Source: Scenedesmus sp. PABB004
Lineage: Eukaryota
Length of the DNA: 64,000 bases
Assembly (NCBI GenBank): GCA_014905635.1
Contig: JABVCE010000014.1
Span: 186,001-250,000 of the forward strand
Reading direction: 5' to 3'
Program-made: the position numbers and the translations under genes
Notes under the pieces: model-generated
Database searches by the model: none
Seen by the model: only the letters and a program-made list of their open reading frames with translations
Told to the model about the DNA's origin: nothing
Shown here: piece by piece, positions 39,843-49,536 of the stretch
Position numbering within the stretch: position 1 is the first letter of the stretch
Layout: the number at the start of each line of letters is the position of its first letter

Positions 39843-40809
39843 ATGCAGCACCCGGGCGATGGCGGCCGGCGGCCCCGCATCCTGCTGGCGGCCACGGGTG
39901 CGCAGGCGGCGACGCGCTGCTGGCGGTCCGTCGCTGCTGGCGGTCCGTTGGCAGCCGGGCGCGCCGCCCCAGCGCGCCGCGCGCCCGCCCGCGCGACGGC
40001 CCGCCCTCCTTGCCCGTCGCTCGCTCGCAGGCAGCGTCGCCGCAATCAAGGTCCCGCAGCTCGCGGCGCTGCTGGCGGCGCTGGGCGAGGTGCGCGTCGC
40101 GTCGACGCGCGCGGCGGGCGCGTTCTTCGCGCCCGGCGCGCTGCCGGGCGGCGTGCCGCCGCCGCACGGCGACGAGGACGAGTGGCGCGCGTGGCGCGCC
40201 GTGGGCGACCCGGTGCTGCACATCGAGCTGCGGCGCTGGGCGGACGTGCTCGTGTTCGCGCCGCTCTCGGCCAACACGCTCGCGAAGCTCGCCAACGGGC
40301 TGTGCGACAACCTGGTCACCTGCGTCGCGCGCGCGTGGGACTTTTCGCGCCCCATGCTGGTGCGCGCCGTGGCGCCGGCGGCGGCGGCGGCTCGGCCGCG
40401 CGCCGTGCGCCGGGCGCTCGACCGCGCTGAGCGGCCGCCGCCGCCGCTCTCGCGTGCGCCGCTGCAGGTCGCCCCGGCGATGAACACGCTGATGTGGCAG
40501 AGCCCCTTCACGGCGCAGCACCTCGGCGCGCTGCGCGCGCTGGGCGTGGGCGTGATCGACCCCGTGGCCAAGCGCCTCGCATGCGGCGACGTCGGCGACG
40601 GCGCGATGGCCGAGCCCGCGGCGGTCGCGGACGCGTGCGCGGCGGCGCTCGCGCGCGCGGGCTTCGTGCGGGCCGCGCCGGCGGCTGGCAGCGCTGCAGC
40701 GGCAGTGGGCAGCGACGCGGCGGCGGGGGGCGACGCAGCGGCTGGGGGTGACGCAGCGGCTGGGGGTGACGGAGCGGCGGCGCACGCGCTGGGCAGGGGT
40801 GGCGGCTAG
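39843..40809 (+). CDS. PPCDC: Phosphopantothenoylcysteine decarboxylase (HAL3/CoaC flavoprotein), 3 exons
   Basis: RPRILLAATG-SVAAIK, DEDEWRAW..GDPVLHIELRRWADVLVFAPLSANTLAKLANGLCDNLVTCVARAWD, APAMNTLMW, KRLACGDVGDGAMAE. Confidence 0.96.
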
Positions 40810-40948
40810 GCGGCTGCTGGCAGTGACGAGCGCTCAGCCTGGCAACAAGCAGCAGTTGCACAACTCAACTGCGTGTCCGGCGCTCGCGCTGCGCCTCGCG
40901 AACACCGGCCAATGCGCCCGCGCAGCCGCTGGCCCCCGCCGCCCCTGC

Positions 40949-42982
40949 TCACTCCGTGAGCGGGAACTGCGCCTCTGCGTCGCCCCCGTCGTTGCCGCCG
41001 CCGCCCGCGGGTGCCGCGTCGCCCGGCGCGCGCTCCGCGAGGCCGAGGTGCCGCCGCAGGAACGCGGCTGCGGGCGCGAGCTCCTCCGGGCGCACGCCCT
41101 CGGCGTGGGCCTCGAGGTGCGTGACGTCGCGCTCCTGCACGACGACCTGGCCGCCCGGCAGCCCCGCGCGCGCGAGCGCGGCGCGCAGCACCGCGGGCGG
41201 GCAGAGGTGGTCCTTTGAGGCGACACGGAAGAAGAGCGGCGCCGTCACGGCGCCGAGGCGGGCCGAGGGGTCGTAGCCGAGCGCCTCCAGCACGACGCGG
41301 GCGAGCACCTTGTTCTGCCACCCGCCCTGCCGCCGCGGCGGCGCGTTCTCGCCGCGGATGGCCATCTCGCTGTCCTGCGGCGCCGGCGCGGCGGCGGATG
41401 CTGAGGCCGGCGCCGGCTGGCGCGCGGCGGGGGCTGCCGAGTGCACCGCGCGCTGCACGCGCGCGCGCGCCCGATCCGCGCCCGCTGCGCGCCGCGCGCC
41501 GCGCGCGCGCGCCTGGAGCTGCAGCAGCGAGAGCGCCGCCGGGTCGGACAGCGGCGCGAAGAGCCGCAGGTAGATGGGCGGCAGCCCCGGCAGCCCCAGG
41601 CGCTCGCCCAGCAGCCCGCGCAGCGCGTCCGCGACGCCGACGGCGAGCAGGCGCAGCGAGCGGGCCAGGCCACGCATGCGCACCGACGCGCGCACGGCCT
41701 CGGGCGAGACGTAGGGCTCCTGCGTGGCGCGGCGCGCGCGCGTGGGGGCGGGAGACGGCAACGCGCGGGGCGCGCGCGCGTGGGGGTGGCTGAGCGGTGG
41801 CGCGCGGGGCGGGGGCCCAGCGGCGCCGGCCGCGCTCGCTCGCTCACGTTGGCGATGACGGCGCCGATGGTCCGGCCAAACTTGGCGGCGGTCACGATGA
41901 CGTGCCCCCCGCCGTAGCTCACGCCCCAGAGCGCAACGCGCGACGCGTCGACGGCTCCGCCGAGGCCGGTCGCCTGCGCGCGGGCGGGCGGCAGGCGGCG
42001 CGGCGGGCGTCGGCGGCCGCGCGCAGCACGCCCCGGCGCGCCGCCCGCGCGCCCCGCCCCGCGCGGCCCGCCCGCGCCGCGCCGCGCCGCGCCTGCACGT
42101 GCGAGACGACCGCGTCCCAGTCCTCGAGGTGCCGCCGCGGGCTGACCCAGTGGCGCGGCAGGCCGCCGCTGCCGCCAAAGCCTCGATAGTCAAACACCAG
42201 CACCGCCATGCCCTCAGCCACAAACTGCCGGGCGCGGGCGCGCGGGTGTGCGCGGCCGCGCCTGGCCCCCGCGCCGGGCCCACGCGCCCGCCGCCCGCCG
42301 CCCCTGCCGGCCCGCCGCCGCCGCCGCCGCCGCCGCCCCTGCCGGCCCGCCGCCGCCGCCGCCGCCCTGCGCTCCTGGCCCCCCTGCCCACCTTTTCTGC
42401 GTACTTCCAGAGCCCGATGTCCTTCTGCGCGCCCATGCCGTGGCCCATGATGAGCACCGGCGGCGGCCTGGCGGCGGCGGGGCCTCGTAGGGGCGCGGTG
42501 ACCAGGGGAAGGGGGGGGGGGGGCACCGCGCCGCGCCGCGCCGCGCCGCGCCGCGCCGCGCCGCGCCGCGCCGCGCCGCACCCCGCCGCGGCCGCGCCGC
42601 CCGGCGTGTGCTTGGGCGTGTAGAGCCAGCACTCGAGCGCCTCGCCGCGGCTCTGGATGGTCAGCACGCGCCGGATCCAGCCCGCCGTCTCCTGCGCGCC
42701 CGCCTCCGGCAGCGGCGTGCTGCGCGGCGGGCGGCGCGCAACGCGTGGTGCCCAGGCGGCGCCGACGCCGCAGGCAGCGGCGCGCCGCGCCGCGGGCCGC
42801 ATCGCGCACCGGTCCCAATCAAAGCTCGTGTCCAGCCGCTCCCACGGGCACGCCACCAGCAGGGCCAGCGCAGCCGCGGCGGCGCCGAGCCGCGCGCCCC
42901 ACCGCGGCAGCAGCGCCCGCGCCGCCGCCGGCTTGCGCGCCGCCGGCGCTGCCGGTAGTCCTGCTGTCGCTGGGGGTGCCAT
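40949..42982 (-). CDS. Alpha/beta-fold hydrolase with N-terminal hydrophobic segment
   Basis: PVLIMGHGMGAQKD..YAEKFVAEGMAVLVFDYRGFGGSGGLPRH, nucleophile elbow ALWGVSYGGGHV, KDHLCP, VTHLE; start at 42982 or 43006. Confidence 0.88.
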   Translation of the reverse strand: MAPPATAGLPAAPAARKPAAARALLPRWGARLGAAAAALALLVACPWERLDTSFDWDRCAMRPAARRAAACGVGAAWAPRVARRPPRSTPLPEAGAQETAGWIRRVLTIQSRGEALECWLYTPKHTPGGAAAAGCGAARRGAARRGAARRGAVPPPPLPLVTAPLRGPAAARPPPVLIMGHGMGAQKDIGLWKYAEKVGRGARSAGRRRRRRAGRGGGGGGGGGPAGAAGGGRVGPARGPGAAAHTRAPAPGSLWLRAWRCWCLTIEALAAAAACRATGSARGGTSRTGTRSSRTCRRGAARRGRAARGGARGRRAGACCARPPTPAAPPAARPRAGDRPRRSRRRVARCALGRELRRGARHRDRRQVWPDHRRRHRQRERASAAGAAGPPPRAPPLSHPHARAPRALPSPAPTRARRATQEPYVSPEAVRASVRMRGLARSLRLLAVGVADALRGLLGERLGLPGLPPIYLRLFAPLSDPAALSLLQLQARARGARRAAGADRARARVQRAVHSAAPAARQPAPASASAAAPAPQDSEMAIRGENAPPRRQGGWQNKVLARVVLEALGYDPSARLGAVTAPLFFRVASKDHLCPPAVLRAALARAGLPGGQVVVQERDVTHLEAHAEGVRPEELAPAAAFLRRHLGLAERAPGDAAPAGGGGNDGGDAEAQFPLTE

Positions 42983-43359
42983 GGCGGCGGGTGTGGGACG
43001 CGGCATGGACGCGGGGGCGTTTGCCGCTTGCGTCAGAGCAGCGGCTGCGGCGGTTCTGCGCCCCAAACGCGCGGGCGCCTGGCCCGCTGCCCGTGGTCTC
43101 CGCGCTGCTGGCCCGCCCCTGCCACAGCCGACACACCGTCGCGAGCCCCGCCGCCGCCGCCGCCGCCGCGACCGCCGCCGCTGCTGTGCTGTCGAACGCC
43201 CGGCGCCCGGCATGGTGGAGCGCAGCGGGGGGCCGTGCGGCACGCCGCAAACCCTGCCGGCCAGGCCCAGAACAACGCTAGGCCTGCTGCAGCCTGGGCG
43301 CGCGCTCGCTCGCGCCGCCGCCGCTGCTGCCGCCGGCCGCAGCAGCAGGTAGCATGCTG

Positions 43360-43625
43360 GATGGAGATGAGGCGCCGGCGCGCCCGCTCGGTGTCCACGG
43401 CCGCGAGCGCGGCCAGGCGCACCACGCGCCACACGCCCGAGCACAGCGCCACCGCGCACGCCCGCGCGCCGCGCCGCCGGCGGCGGCGCGACCACGAGCC
43501 AGACGTGCTCGGGGCGCAGGCGCGGCGCGCCCCCGGCTGAGCGCGCCACTCAGCGGGCAGGGCGTCGAGCGTGGCCCGCACCACCACGGCCGTCCCCGGC
43601 GGCCCCGTCCAGGCCGGCCAGCGCT
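43360..43625 (-). mobile_element. Degenerate 3' fragment of an L1-type non-LTR retrotransposon ORF2
   Basis: Across two frames reads AVVVRATLDALPAEW..PRLRPEHVWLVVAPP..SGVWRVVRLAALAAVDTERARR, paralleling RLHCRHIWLGRRP..QMVWDMVCIAAIHACERGRR in the element at 44158-46045. Confidence 0.55.
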
Positions 43626-44041
43626 GCGGCTGATGCCGCGCTGCTGCGGCTGCTGCTGCTGCCGCGGCGGCGCCGTCGCCGCCGGTGCGGCGGCGGCCGC
43701 CGCCGCACCGGGGCCGGCGCGCGTGTCGCCGCCGGCTGCTGGCCCACCACCAACTGCCAAGCCACCGGCGGCGCCGCTGGCGGCACGCGGCGCGCCGGCG
43801 GGGCCACAGCCCCAGCGCTGCGAGCGCAAACGCGACGCGCTCGTCGCGCCGCTGCGTGTCCGCCCCCGGGCAAAATCGACTTCCAAGAACTCGGTCCGAT
43901 CGACCCGAGCGCGCCCAACCCGAATCAGGGGTCAAAATTGGCATTCCGCGAAAATCGGTAATTTGAGTAAAGAGCAATATAAACAGCAGGATAGCCCTGC
44001 TTGTCAGTCGGTCAGCTGCGCACAACTCGTGCGTCCAGCGA

Positions 44042-44112
44042 GCGCTCGTAGTCTAGTGGTATGATAGGTCCCTGCCACGGACCAGGCCCGAGTTCGATTC
44101 TCGGCGAGCGCA
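44042..44112 (+). tRNA. trnG-GCC: tRNA-Gly (anticodon GCC), intronless
   Basis: Cloverleaf: acceptor GCGCTCG/CGAGCGC+A, D loop AGTGG, anticodon arm GGTCC-CTGCCAC-GGACC, T arm CCGAG-TTCGATT-CTCGG; T6 Pol III terminator at 44121-44126. Confidence 0.97.
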
Positions 44113-44157
44113 GACACGCGTTTTTTCTCGGCGAGCGCAGACCACTTACCAAATCAA

Positions 44158-44247
44158 TCAAAAAGAAGGCGTTTGTCGCACAACATCAACCCCGTGCGGG
44201 GACACGGGGTGGGGGTTGATGTTGTGCGACAAACGCCTTCTTTTTGA
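44158..44247. repeat. Perfect 36-bp inverted repeat (44158-44193 / 44212-44247) at the element's 5' junction
   Basis: tcaaaaagaaggcgtttgtcgcacaacatcaacccc ... ggggttgatgttgtgcgacaaacgccttctttttga. Confidence 0.97.
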
Positions 44248-44718
44248 CAGCGGGCGCCAGCGGCTGCCGCAGCCCCTGCGCTCGTTCGCGCTCGGGCTGC
44301 GCGCGCTGCCGCCGCTGGAGTGGCTGGGGCCGGGCGAGTATGACTGGCGGGCCCACAGCTGGGATGCCCCCCTGTGGGGCAACCCGCTGCTCACGGTGCG
44401 GCAGCAGTGGCGCTGGCCGGCCCAGCCGGGGGAGGAGTGTGTGCGGGATGTGGCAGTGGGCTTGGAATGTGTGGTGGCCCCGGGCTTGCGCGGGCTGCCC
44501 TGCCTGCAGACGGTGGGCCAGGCGGTCACGCTGCTGGCCGTTCTTGAATCGGATCGGTTGACTCCGCCTCGTTGGGGCCTTGGGTTGGCGGAACACATGA
44601 ATTACCTGGCTGCAGTCTGGGTGCCATGCCTGGCTTCCCGGCAGTGTTACCAGGCAGGTAGGCAGCGTGCACTCGATGACGTGCGCGCGCTGGTTGACAG
44701 GCTGCCGCCATCCTGGGT

Positions 44719-44758
44719 AAAAGATAAAGATAAAGATAGTTACACCACAGGCTCGCGC
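44719..44758 (-). mobile_element. 40-bp nested retro-insertion with 11-bp TSD (ccatcctgggt, 44708-44718 / 44759-44769)
   Basis: Minus strand reads gcgcgagcctgtggTGTAActatctttatctttatctttt, i.e. a poly(A) signal followed by a (TATCTT)n tail. Confidence 0.8.
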
Positions 44759-46400
44759 CCATCCTGGGTGGCGGCGGCGCGAGCTCGGCTGGCGGCGGCG
44801 GCGCGCGCGGGCCAGCCCGTGAGCGCCCCGGCGCCGGTGCAGCCAGCAGCGTTGGCGGCGGCGCGTGCGGCGATTGCGGTTGGCCTGGGCTGGCCGCTTG
44901 TGGGTCGGCCGGTGCAGCCTGGTTGCCGGCCGGGGGTACGGCTGGGGCAGCTCACGGTGGCGCTGGCCACGCGGCTGCAGGCGCTGCCGGCGCGCGCTGA
45001 GCTGCATGCCCGCCACCACCGCCACTGTCTGACGGTTTCTGAGTTTGATGGTTTGCCGCACATTGGGGGTGATGAGCTTGCGATGCGCACGCGCCACGCC
45101 ACGGTGTGCCAAGCCCTGGCGCGCTGGTGGCAGCTCAAGGTGCCCAACACGTACAAGGAGGCGGCCTGGCGGCTCACGCTGCAGGCCTTTCCGACTGCCA
45201 GCCGCATGCAGCCGGGGCCGGGCATGGTGGACTATTGTGTCTACTGCTGCCCAGGGCCGCTGGAGGCGCCGGAGCCAGCGGAGGCGTCCGGACTGGGCGG
45301 CGCGCTGCACCCGAGCGAGGCGCACCATTTCTGGCGGTGCCCGGTGGCAGGCGAGGTGTGGGGTGAGATCGAGAAGCAGCTGGCTGCTTTTGACTGGTGG
45401 CCGGACGGCGCGCGCTTGCACTGCAGGCACATCTGGCTGGGGCGCCGGCCGCGGGAGCAGCTGTCCCAGATGGTCTGGGACATGGTCTGCATCGCTGCAA
45501 TTCACGCGTGCGAACGCGGCCGGCGCGTGGCCTGGATTTTCCTGCAAGTGCGGGAGCGTGCCTTGCCCTTTGACGTGGCTCGACACATTGTGAGGCGGGC
45601 GGCAGTGAGTGCGTTTTGGGAGGCGCTGGCCGACTTTGCGGCGACCGCTTACGTGCCCCGCGCTGCCCGTACGCCCGACCTGACGGGCCAGCCCTTTCTG
45701 GCTTGGTGCACTCCCCGCGTCGCGGGGAGTGGCTTGGTTGTTATTCGGCGATGAGGATGGTGGCATTCTCCCAGCACTCCCGCGCGCGCGGGTTGCACGC
45801 TCGCGGGCACGCGCGACCCGCGGTCACCGGCTGCCGCCGACACTGAAACACTGCTACTGCCCAGCAGCGAGCGATCGGTCAAGGTGTGTGCGCGGAGACA
45901 GCACTGAGTGTGTGCAGGCGACGCTTTTGGGCGTGAGCGTGGCCACAGGCGGCAGCTGCGCGTGAGTGACTGACTATACCAAAGTGATGGGGTCCGTGTT
46001 TGCGCCGTAGGCGCTTGTTCACCCCTGGTAACGCCCTTCTTCTTTCTGCCGCCGCTCGCCTTTTTTCAGCCACGCCGCGCCTGCTGGGGGCCGCCCGGGG
46101 CTGCGCGGGTCCCGGCCGGCCCGGCGGCGGCCGCGCAGCGCCGGTCAACGACCGCGCCGCCGCAGCCAGCCGCCCGCCGGGCGCGGCGCTTCCCCCGTCG
46201 CAGGGGCGGCGTGGTGGTGGCGGTGTGCGCCCCTCGGCGGCTGTCGCCGGGCATGGGCCGCCGACAGCCGGCAGTGGCTGTTTACCCTCGCCCGCAGCGG
46301 CGCCCGCGGCGGCGGCGGCGCGGCGCCCGGCCACAGCCCGCCGAGCCCGACGTGAGGGCCGAGGGGCCGCGCTCCCTCCCTCGCGCCCCGCGCCTCGCCA

Positions 46401-48776
46401 CTACCGGTTGCGCCGGCTGCCCGCGCCGGCCTCCTCGTACTGCCGCTTGGTGCGCACGCACTGCCAGTAGTTGTCGCCCGCCGCAAACGCCGACGCGCCG
46501 CGCCACGCGGCGAGCTCCGGCTCCTGCGGCGCCAGCACCACGAGCTCGCACCCCTGCGGCGCGAGGCTGCGCAGCTCCGCCTCGAACCGCCGCGCAAAGC
46601 CGGGCAGGTTGACGCAGCCGCCCGTGAGCACGACCTGGCCGAACAGCAGCGGCGCGAGGCCCGCCGGGCACGCGTCCACCGCCTGCACCACCACCTCGGG
46701 CAGCCCCGCCTGCTGCAGCCCGATGTCCGACGGCCTGCGCCGCGCCGGCGGCGCCGCGCCGCGGGCGGCGGTCACGTGGGCGCAGGCCCCCGCGCGCCGG
46801 CCGCCACCAGCGCCGGGCCGTCCCCGAGGCGGCCCTGCCCGCGCACGCGCGCCGCGCCGCGCCCGTGGCGCGCACACCCACCCACCCACCCACCCACCTG
46901 AACAGCGCCTCGGGGACCATGAAGAGCTCGTTGTTCAGCGACAGCACCTGCTCGCTCCCGCCGCCGCCGCCGCCGCCGCCGCCGCGCTTGGCGCCGCCGG
47001 CGCCGGCGCCCTGCGCCGCCGCGGCGCCCTGCGCCGCCGCGGCGAGGCGCTCGGCCGCCTCCTTGCGCTCCACCTCCTCGATGTGCTGCGGCTTGGCCGG
47101 CCAGGGGCCTGCGCAGCCGGCGGCGGCGCGCGCAGCTTTGCGCGGCGCCCCGCCGCGCGCAGCAGCCCCGGGCGCCGCCGCGCCGCGCCGCGCCGCGTTG
47201 CCGGCGCCGCACCCGTGGTGATGCCGGCCAGGCGGCCGCCCGGCGGCGTGAGCGCGGCGACGAGCTCGGGCGCGGGCGGCTTGACGTAGCCGCGCAGGTT
47301 GTGCACGCCGTCCGGCAGCACCACGTCGCGGCGGTGCGGCGACCGCGCCGCCGGGTTGGAGCGCCGCAGGTCGGCCACGGCGTCCTGTGTGCGTGCGGCG
47401 CGCGGCGCGCGGCGCGCGGCGCGCGGCGCCGGGGCGGGCTCAGGAAACACTGCGCGGGGGCACCCCTCCAGCTGGCGCTGCGCCCCGCACGCCGCCCCGC
47501 GCGCCGCGCACCTCGCTGACCCAGGCGAGCTGGTCCTTGAGCCGCTCCACCAGCACGCCCTCATCGGCCATGTTGAGGCTGCGGTACGACACAGTCTCCT
47601 TCAGCAGGTTGGTCAGGGCCTTGCCGCCCAGGTTGAGCCGCCGCACCGCGCCCGGGAGGAGCTGGCCGTCGTAGAAGGGCGCCGCGTAGCAGGCCGAGAA
47701 GCCCGCGTCCACGATCACGCCCGCGCCCGCGGCCTTGGCCGCCGCGCACGCCGCCGCGCCGGCGGCGCCGAGCGCCGCGACGGGCGCGCAGCGCGCCGCC
47801 GCGGGCGCGTGCGCCGCCGCCGGCGCCGCCCCCGGCGCGGGCGGCACGCCCGGGATGGCGCACGGCGGCGGCGGCGCGGGCGCGGTGACGACGGGCGTGT
47901 TGCAGGCGTGGTGCAGCGCGAAAAACGGCGCTGGCGCGGCGAGCAGGCTGTTGAAGCCAAAGCCCTCAAACACCATCTGCGCCACACGCGGCGGCGGCGG
48001 CGGCGAGGCGGCGGCGGCGGCGCGGTGGGCGCGCGGCCCCGGGGTGGCGGCCGGGTGAGCGCGGCGGCGGCGCGGCGCGGACGCCGTCGGGGCGCGCTGC
48101 GCGCACCTCCTCCGTCGCGGCGCGCACGTCGTCAAAGTTGAACAGTGGCTCCGTGAGCAGCAGGCTGTGCGCGCCAAACTCGAGCACCGCCCGGCCGCGC
48201 GCGGCGCCGGGCGGCGCGGCGCCGCCGGCGGTCGTGGCGGCGAGCGAGGCGAAGCCGCGTGCCCAGATGTCGCGCTCCAGGTCATAGTTGACCATAAAGC
48301 CCTGCGCGGCGCGCGCGTACGAACGGCCAGGTCAGCGCGTTGCAACACAGACGAGCGGGCAGCCGACGCAGCACAGCGCTCCCGTGCCGCGCGGCTGCAA
48401 CCAACACAAGCAGACGCTGCGCTGCGCGCACACCCGGTCGTGCGGGCGCCGCACGACCATGCCGCCGACCTCGCGCGCCTCCAGCAGCGCGTCGCCGACG
48501 TATAGCTGGCGCTCGCCCTTGGCCTTGGCGGTGCAGTTGGGGAACACGCTGCGACGGCGGCGGGGCGCCGCGCGTCGGCGCGCGGCCGCCGCGGGCGGCC
48601 GCGGCAGCTCGCCGCACGGCGCGCGGCGCACGGCGCGCGGCCCGCTGCCGCTGCTGCCGTGCAGCGCGCGGGCGCCGGTCTCACAGGCGCGGGTCGGCCT
48701 CGCCCTCAAAGCCGAGCTTGATGCTGCCGGCGCCGTTGTCGAGCACGACGACCTGCTGCTGCCCGCACTGCATCAT
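46401..48776 (-). CDS. ARP6: Actin-related protein 6 (SWR1 complex), multi-exon
   Basis: VVVLDNGAGSIKLG, VFPNC, RRPHDR-GFMVNYDLERDIW, LLLTEPLFN, VIVDAGFS, RLNLGGKALTNLLKETVSYRSLNM, VVLPDG, LNNELFMVPEALFRPSDIGLQQAGLPE, VVLTGG, KRQYEEAG. Confidence 0.93.
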
Positions 48777-48864
48777 GGTCGCCGCCGCCGCCGCGCCGCC
48801 GCCGCCGCGGCGCTGGCCCGCGGCCCGGGGCCGACACAGTGATCGGCGCCAGCCGCGAGCTGCT

Positions 48865-49536
48865 GCGCCGGGCGCGTCACGGGGGGCGCGGCGCGCCGCG
48901 AGCAGCGGGCCGCTGCGCCGCCGCCGCTGCCGCCCGGCTGCCGGCGGTGCGGCGCGGGGCCTGCGCCGGGGCGTGGCCGCTGGCGCAGCGCGTGACGGGC
49001 GGCTGGAAGCAGCTGGAAGCAGGCGGCGGCGGGGACGTGCGGCGCGGCGCCGCTGCCACGCTGCTGTTGATCGGCGCCGCCCGGGCGCGAGGGGAGCAGC
49101 AGGGGGGAAGGTGCTGCGGCCGTGGTGACCGAGCGGCCGCGGTGGTGCGGCCTGCGGTGCGGGCCTTTGACGCGGGCGTGCGCTTGTGTGCGTCACAAGT
49201 TGTAACGCGCCGCCCCGGCCGCTCCACCCATTCAGAGCCGCCCCCTCCCTCACGCCACATCGCTGGGCCGCGCCCGCCACTCACCGGCAGCAGCACGTCG
49301 CCAGCGCCGCCGCACCACGCGCTGCGGCGCAGGCTGCTGACGCGCCGCGCTGCGCCCGCTGCCGCCGCCGCCGCTGGTCGCTCAGCCCGCGAGGCGCGCG
49401 CCACGCACGCGCCCATGCAAGGCCCGGACGAGGCGACGCGGGGGGAGGTCGCCGCGAGGTGTGCGGCGGCGGCAGGCGCGTGCGCAGCAGCGGGGCGCGG
49501 CCGGGCGGCTCCACGCGCCGCCGCCCGCACACACCG
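48865..49536. repeat. Direct repeat B, copy 1 (~670 bp; upstream region, exon 1 and intron start of the LRR-like gene)
   Basis: Near-identical to 51318-51949. Confidence 0.96.

Larger units (their letters stand above)
44158..46045 (+). mobile_element. 5'-truncated L1/Tx1-type non-LTR retrotransposon (ORF2 C-terminal region plus 3' UTR)
   Basis: Intronless ORF 44216..45754, visibly lower in GC than host genes, with a zinc-finger-like C-terminus (KVPNTYKEAAWRLTL..CVYCC..HHFWRCPVA..VW..HIWL..AVSAFWEALADF). No RT or endonuclease motifs are present, consistent with truncation. Ends near TGGTAA..CTTCTTCTTT. Confidence 0.82.

Noticed and set aside
44113..44250. Dicistronic tRNA-Gly-snoRNA as in land plants
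   Set aside because: A T6 terminator follows the tRNA within 9 bp, no clear C/D box pair is present, and the downstream sequence is explained by the retroelement junction.
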